From the NCBI GenBank assembly GCA_964586015.1, contig CAZPHK010000004.1, positions 1 through 61,101 on the forward strand: DNA of 61,101 bases. The letters are read 5' to 3'. The notes under the pieces are model-generated. The model had not been told where the DNA came from. It searched no databases and saw only the letters and a list, made by a program, of their open reading frames with translations. A program made the translations under genes and the position numbers. Source of the stretch: an uncultured Acidobacteriota bacterium (GTDB taxonomy: Bacteria > Acidobacteriota > UBA6911). Shown piece after piece: positions 56,473-61,101 of the stretch (positions are counted from its first letter, which is position 1; each line of letters starts with the position of its first letter).

Positions 56473-59079
56473 TTGGCGATTCCGTTTTGGGTCGTAGTAT
56501 GTATGATGCTGGCCGGCGTAAAAATCCTGGCTGGTCTTCTGGGATTTGCCGTGACTGTAGGAGTGCCGGACCTGCCTCTGCTAAACGGATGGCACCTGAC
56601 GCTGCTTCTCGCATTTGGCGTCACGACGTTAGTTCTCATCTTTGCCGGCAGGCGCGACACGAGGTCCGTCTATCTAGGAATTGTCTTTTTACTGATTGCC
56701 TCCGCATTCGCCCACCCCGGGATTGAGCGGCTGGCATACCTGCCGCAGGGCATTTTAGCCCGATGCGGCAGCATCCTTTTCCATGTGCATCCCGACGCGT
56801 TTGTCTCCTTCTTCTTCTGGGTTTTCGTTCGGAAGTTTCCCCGTGCAACGACAAGTTTTCGGGCTGAGCATGTAGTAAGGCGGACAACACAGACGGCCCT
56901 GATCATCGGCGCGGTATTATTCGCGTTGAATTGCCTGATGCTGTTTGCTTCTCTTCTGTCGTTCCCACTAGCTTTCGCTCGCACCCTGAGCCTTTTCAGC
57001 CGGACCGCCACTATTCCGATCTACTGGACGCTTCTGTTTGCGGTGGCCTTGCCCGCCGTGCCGTTTGCCCTCTGGAAGACCCGTTTTGCCCCAGTCGACG
57101 AGCAGCGAAGGGTCCGCGTTTTTATTTCAGCCATACTGATCGGCATTGTCCCGTTGATGATTGCGGTCATGCTCGAGGCGCTGATTCCATCATACCGCGA
57201 CCTGGTTTTACAACCCGAAGCAAGGCATATAAGCGGGCTGATTCTCTACCCTCTTCTGCTCCTGGTTCCCCTGCTGACGGCTTACTCCGTGCTGGTTCAT
57301 CGTGTTCTGGATGTTCAGCTGATTATCCGGAGGGCTGTCCAGTACGCTCTTGCCCGCTCGGTGCTTGTTGCGGTCGTGAGCGCACCCGCGTTCCTTCTGA
57401 TCTATTACATATACACGCACCGGGATCAGACTATTGCAGTTTTTTTTTCCGCTCCAAATCTTTTATGGTTCGGTGCCGCGATTGCGCTGGGGCTGGCTGG
57501 ACTTCGATGGAGACACGCTTTGTTCGACTCTCTGGATCGCCGTTTTTTTCGCGAGCAATACGACGCGCGGCAGATACTCGCGCTGCTTGCGGACAAGTGC
57601 AAGGAAGCCCGCGATCTTGAGAAACTGAGAATTGTGTTGACCACGGAAGTCAACAAGGCCCTGCACCTTGAATCGTTTGTAGTGCTTGTCGCGGATTTTG
57701 CCGTTTCAAAAATGATAGCCCTTAGCGGCCGTTTACGGGCACTCTCATGCAGTTCGAGCCTGGCAATGCGCATGGAGAAAACCGCGGAGCCTCTTGAAAT
57801 CAGTTTTGATGATGAAGCGTCGGCTTTTCGCCGGTTGCCCCTTGATGAACAGCAATGGCTCGTGGACGGCGGAGTGCGTCTGCTTGTCCCGCTGCTTGCA
57901 TCTGACGGAACATTGCTCGGCCTGCTGGCCGCGGGCGAAAAGAAAAGTGAGTTGCCTTTCTCGAAGGAAGACAGGCTCCTGCTGAAGGCCATCGCCTCTT
58001 CAGCCGCTCTAACAGTCGAGCTCAGGCAGAGCAAGGAGTTGGTCGCTGAAATGTCTCCAGTAGAAGCAGTCGAGTGCAAACGCTGCGGCAACCTGTATCC
58101 GGCAGGCACGGCGGCCTGCAAATCCTGCGGCAGAGAACTCGTGGAGGCAATCGTCCCTTATACTTTAATGGGAAAATTCCGGTTCGAGAAACAGATTGGG
58201 GCCGGAGGCATGGGAGTCGTTTATCGCGCGGTTGATTTGGTGCTTGACCGTGTGGTTGCAATCAAGACGCTTCCAATGGCTTCACCGGAACGCTCCTTCA
58301 GGCTGCGCAGGGAGGCGCGCGTTATTGCTTCGGTCAAACATCCCAACCTGGCGCTGATATTCGGCGCCGAAACCTGGCGCGGCTTGCCCATGCTCGTTTT
58401 TGAGCTTCTGGAAGGAGGCACTCTCGCGGACAGGCTTCGTAAAGCCCGTTTGCCGATACAGGAGACTCTGAATCTTGGAGTCATACTCGCGGAGGTGCTT
58501 GAGTATCTGCATTCCAGGAGCATGCTCCACCGTGATATCAAACCCGGCAACATCGGGTATCAATTGCCGGGGGATGTTCCGAAACTGATGGATTTCGGAT
58601 TGGCGCATCTTTTAACGGAGGCGCGTCCAGAGATCTCTCACGAACAATCGTCCGACGCAGCCGGCCTTCCGGATGGATCGACGGCGACTACTCTGGCATA
58701 CGTCCCGTCGCATTTCGGCTCAGGACGGCTGCTTGGAACGCCGGCGTACCTGTCGCCTGAAGCGATTGAAGGAAAGCCCGCGGATTCCTCTTTTGATCTC
58801 TGGTCTGCGGCAATTGTTTTATATGAATCGCTGGCCGGCAACAATCCGCTGAAAAGAAATACGATTCCTGAAACGCTTGAGTGCATAGTTTCAGTGCCGG
58901 TGCCGGATGTCCGGGATTTTGTCCCGGAATGTCCGGACGATGTCGCGCAGTTTTTTAAGGATGCTTTATCAAGAGATCCGCGCCGGCGTCCCGGAAGCGC
59001 CAGGCAGCTCAAGCTGAGGCTTTGCGATCTGCAGACGGGAGGCATTCACCGGGAAACCCGGGTCACCCCGGCCGGATAA
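56473..59079 (+). CDS. Multi-pass membrane Ser/Thr protein kinase with GAF-like domain and Zn ribbon
   Basis: About 9-10 TM segments; GAF-like LLVPL...LGLL...ELPFSKEDRLLL; CKRC...CKSC; IGAGGMGVVY, VAIK, HRDIKPGN, DFG, GTPAYLSPE, DLWS; GGAG plus TTG start. Confidence 0.93.
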   Translation: MAIPFWVVVCMMLAGVKILAGLLGFAVTVGVPDLPLLNGWHLTLLLAFGVTTLVLIFAGRRDTRSVYLGIVFLLIASAFAHPGIERLAYLPQGILARCGSILFHVHPDAFVSFFFWVFVRKFPRATTSFRAEHVVRRTTQTALIIGAVLFALNCLMLFASLLSFPLAFARTLSLFSRTATIPIYWTLLFAVALPAVPFALWKTRFAPVDEQRRVRVFISAILIGIVPLMIAVMLEALIPSYRDLVLQPEARHISGLILYPLLLLVPLLTAYSVLVHRVLDVQLIIRRAVQYALARSVLVAVVSAPAFLLIYYIYTHRDQTIAVFFSAPNLLWFGAAIALGLAGLRWRHALFDSLDRRFFREQYDARQILALLADKCKEARDLEKLRIVLTTEVNKALHLESFVVLVADFAVSKMIALSGRLRALSCSSSLAMRMEKTAEPLEISFDDEASAFRRLPLDEQQWLVDGGVRLLVPLLASDGTLLGLLAAGEKKSELPFSKEDRLLLKAIASSAALTVELRQSKELVAEMSPVEAVECKRCGNLYPAGTAACKSCGRELVEAIVPYTLMGKFRFEKQIGAGGMGVVYRAVDLVLDRVVAIKTLPMASPERSFRLRREARVIASVKHPNLALIFGAETWRGLPMLVFELLEGGTLADRLRKARLPIQETLNLGVILAEVLEYLHSRSMLHRDIKPGNIGYQLPGDVPKLMDFGLAHLLTEARPEISHEQSSDAAGLPDGSTATTLAYVPSHFGSGRLLGTPAYLSPEAIEGKPADSSFDLWSAAIVLYESLAGNNPLKRNTIPETLECIVSVPVPDVRDFVPECPDDVAQFFKDALSRDPRRRPGSARQLKLRLCDLQTGGIHRETRVTPAG

Positions 59080-59181
59080 AAAGGACAAACGGCGAGACAA
59101 GCCGCACGCGGTTTCTTTATGGACAAGCCCGGAAAGAGACGACGGATATTCCTTGGGTAATGTCACAATATTATGCGGACA

Positions 59182-59991
59182 TCAATAGTTTTCAGACGGG
59201 CCGCCGTTTTGATGGCTGTATTCTTTAGCAAAAAGAGCCGCTCCCAGGGCGGCCGTCAACTGCGGATTTTCGGGGCATAATACTCTCTTGCCTAATTCTT
59301 CTTCCAGGGCTTTAACAACTCCGGTATTTTTCGCCACTCCACCGGAAAATACGATGGGTTCCCCGTACTCAATCTGCCCTCCGGCCCCCATACCGACAAC
59401 TCTTTTGGCAATGGCCCTGCTGATGCCGCAGGCGATGTCCTCTTTTGCCCGATTCTCCGATAGAAGGGAAATTATCTCCGACTCGGCGAATACGGTGCAG
59501 ACGCTGCTCAGAGTACAGGGCTGCCTGGACTTTAAGGCAAACGGACCGAGTTCATCGATGGGGAGATTCAGTATTCTTTCGGTCAGAACTTCCAGAAATC
59601 GTCCGGTTCCGGCAGCGCACTTATCGTTCATCTCGAACCGTACAGCCACTCCGTTTCCGTCCAGTTCGATGACTTTACTGTCCTGCCCGCCGATATCAAT
59701 AATAGTTCTCGCTTCCGGAAATAGTAGTTTTGTTCCCCTGGCGTGGCACACGATCTCGGGCAGCACCTTATCGGACCGGCTGAAAGCTCTGCGCCCGTAG
59801 CCGGTGGATACAATATATTTTATGCCGTCGGTTGATTCGCCGGTTTTGTCCAGAGCCAGCTTAAGAGCTTCACTCCCGCTCTCCCCGCGGTCATAGCGGG
59901 TTCTTATCAGCGAAAATGCCAGGATCTCTTCTTCCTCATTAATGATCGCCGCTTTTGTGGTAACGGAACCTATATCAATACCCGCAAACAT
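59182..59991 (-). CDS. 2-hydroxyacyl-CoA dehydratase activator (HgdC/HadI-like ASKHA ATPase)
   Basis: GIDIGSVTTK, STGYGR, IIDIGGQDSK, MNDKCAAGTGRFLE, CTVFAESE, GGVAKN. Confidence 0.95.
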   Translation of the reverse strand: MFAGIDIGSVTTKAAIINEEEEILAFSLIRTRYDRGESGSEALKLALDKTGESTDGIKYIVSTGYGRRAFSRSDKVLPEIVCHARGTKLLFPEARTIIDIGGQDSKVIELDGNGVAVRFEMNDKCAAGTGRFLEVLTERILNLPIDELGPFALKSRQPCTLSSVCTVFAESEIISLLSENRAKEDIACGISRAIAKRVVGMGAGGQIEYGEPIVFSGGVAKNTGVVKALEEELGKRVLCPENPQLTAALGAALFAKEYSHQNGGPSENY

Positions 59992-59998
59992 GTCTGGA

Positions 59999-61101
59999 TC
60001 AGGCTTTCCTTATCTTCATTATTTCGCATATGCTTTCAATTCTTGTTCGCAAAGCTTCCGGACTGTAGTCTCTGTCCTCCCAATTGTCTCCCTCGATGTA
60101 AAATACAGGCAATTGCGTCTTTTCTTCCACCATTCTGCCCAATAGTCTGTGGCTGCTGCCGAGCCAGCGGTCGAAATCCATTAAACCGAAAACCATCCCG
60201 TCGAATTTGTGCGTCACAATCTTTTCGCAGATTTGTTCGGCCTGATAGCCGGGATTGACCATTCCGGAAGTTCTGAGCCAGCCTTCAGCCGCGGCCATAT
60301 AAGGATCATCGAAAGACGGCGGCTTCAGCTGTTTCTCCGTAAGTATGAAAAACTCGCTGAGGGGTATGCCGACGCCGTTTTCCTCAAACATCCTGGCTAC
60401 CCAGGGAACGGACGGGTGGATACTGTAAATCAACAATTTGGGGGCACCCTGGGGCAATATGCCTGTCTTGTTGCGCACCCGCTGCTTAACCTCTTTCAGG
60501 GTAATATCCAGCGCCTCCTCCATGGATTCAATGCCGGTGTTGAGCGGCGTGAACAGGCCTTCCCAGAAAAAACGTCCGCTGACGGCGCCCAGAGGCTGCG
60601 GGTCTGCGCTCATCAGACGGCCCAATTCCGATACTTTCGCCGCATATCTCTGCCAGAATTCGATGACCTTCTGTATCGTTTCCTCCGATACCTTAACCCC
60701 GATTTCTTTCTGGACGGATTCGAATCCGTCTTTCATTTGGGCGGCCAGATACTCTACCCTTTCGATAACCTCATCCTCCACCGTACCCATGGGCTGGTCA
60801 TGGGGCAGGCGTGTGACGTACGTTTTCCACTCGGGATCATGGTAGAGTCGGATGAATTCGTCTGTTTTAGGGCCTTCATCGCATACGAATCCCCATATCC
60901 AGTTTATATCCGGGGAGGGAATAATGCCCAGCCTGCGGGCGGCATATCGTGTTTTATTCAGGGCGCAATGACGGCAGCCGTAAGGGATTCCGGCTTTCTC
61001 GGCCTCTTCCAGAAAAGGGGCAAGTTTGTGAAAAAAGCTGTTCATCACAAAGGTGATGAATATATCCGGAAAGGAAACAAAGATTTTTTCCGGAGCCGTC
61101 A
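59999..61101 (-). CDS. 2-hydroxyacyl-CoA dehydratase subunit (HgdA/B-like), 5'-truncated by window edge
   Basis: Frame stays open to the window end (TAPEKIFVSFP...); YGCRHC, GFVCDEGPK, FDGMVFG, PVFYIEGD, RTRIESI; 7 bp from the activator. Confidence 0.85.
   Translation of the reverse strand, partial: TAPEKIFVSFPDIFITFVMNSFFHKLAPFLEEAEKAGIPYGCRHCALNKTRYAARRLGIIPSPDINWIWGFVCDEGPKTDEFIRLYHDPEWKTYVTRLPHDQPMGTVEDEVIERVEYLAAQMKDGFESVQKEIGVKVSEETIQKVIEFWQRYAAKVSELGRLMSADPQPLGAVSGRFFWEGLFTPLNTGIESMEEALDITLKEVKQRVRNKTGILPQGAPKLLIYSIHPSVPWVARMFEENGVGIPLSEFFILTEKQLKPPSFDDPYMAAAEGWLRTSGMVNPGYQAEQICEKIVTHKFDGMVFGLMDFDRWLGSSHRLLGRMVEEKTQLPVFYIEGDNWEDRDYSPEALRTRIESICEIMKIRKA

Noticed and set aside
59154-59181. 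Possible dif site (TTATGCGGACA resembles the XerC arm)
   Set aside because: The XerD arm (ATTTAACATAA) has no match at the required 6-bp spacing.
1-61101. rRNA, tRNA, riboswitch or transposase genes
   Set aside because: None recognised by eye; intergenic gaps are too short for rRNA. An Infernal/tRNAscan run would be needed to exclude small RNAs.

Overview
A gene-dense bacterial chromosomal window. The family mix (Acidobacteria-style M48, FecR and SYLF proteins, anaerobic redox enzymes) suggests an anaerobic Acidobacteriota-like organism; this is inference only. Left to right: a carbohydrate-use region (SSS symporter-galK, Tat-type GH2, carbohydrate esterase, GH3-PA14, TetR, FecR-like protein, beta-helix protein plus ABC transporter); a mixed metabolic and signalling region (long KamA-like radical SAM, SpoU methylase, PP2C phosphatase, AprAB-like flavoprotein/ferredoxin, TupA-like protein, cold-shock protein, M23-bactofilin, orphan Mo-hydroxylase subunit); a housekeeping block (trmFO-xerC-small ORF-polA, ECF sigma-anti-sigma-HtrA-like, galE); GH9; and a 2-hydroxyacyl-CoA dehydratase activator/subunit at the right edge. 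No rRNA, tRNA, CRISPR array or transposase was seen. Intergenic DNA carries a GTAG-type REP family and heptamer tandem repeats. The best candidate for an undescribed system is the three-gene operon at 53520-59079: a signal-peptide-less S8 protease, a 121-aa protein that aligns by eye to a histone fold, and a multi-pass membrane GAF/Zn-ribbon Ser/Thr kinase. Also notable: a CAP domain fused to a degenerate GxxExxY nuclease-like domain, and an HtrA-like protein lacking its whole catalytic triad. All family calls come from motif recognition by eye; no database search was run.
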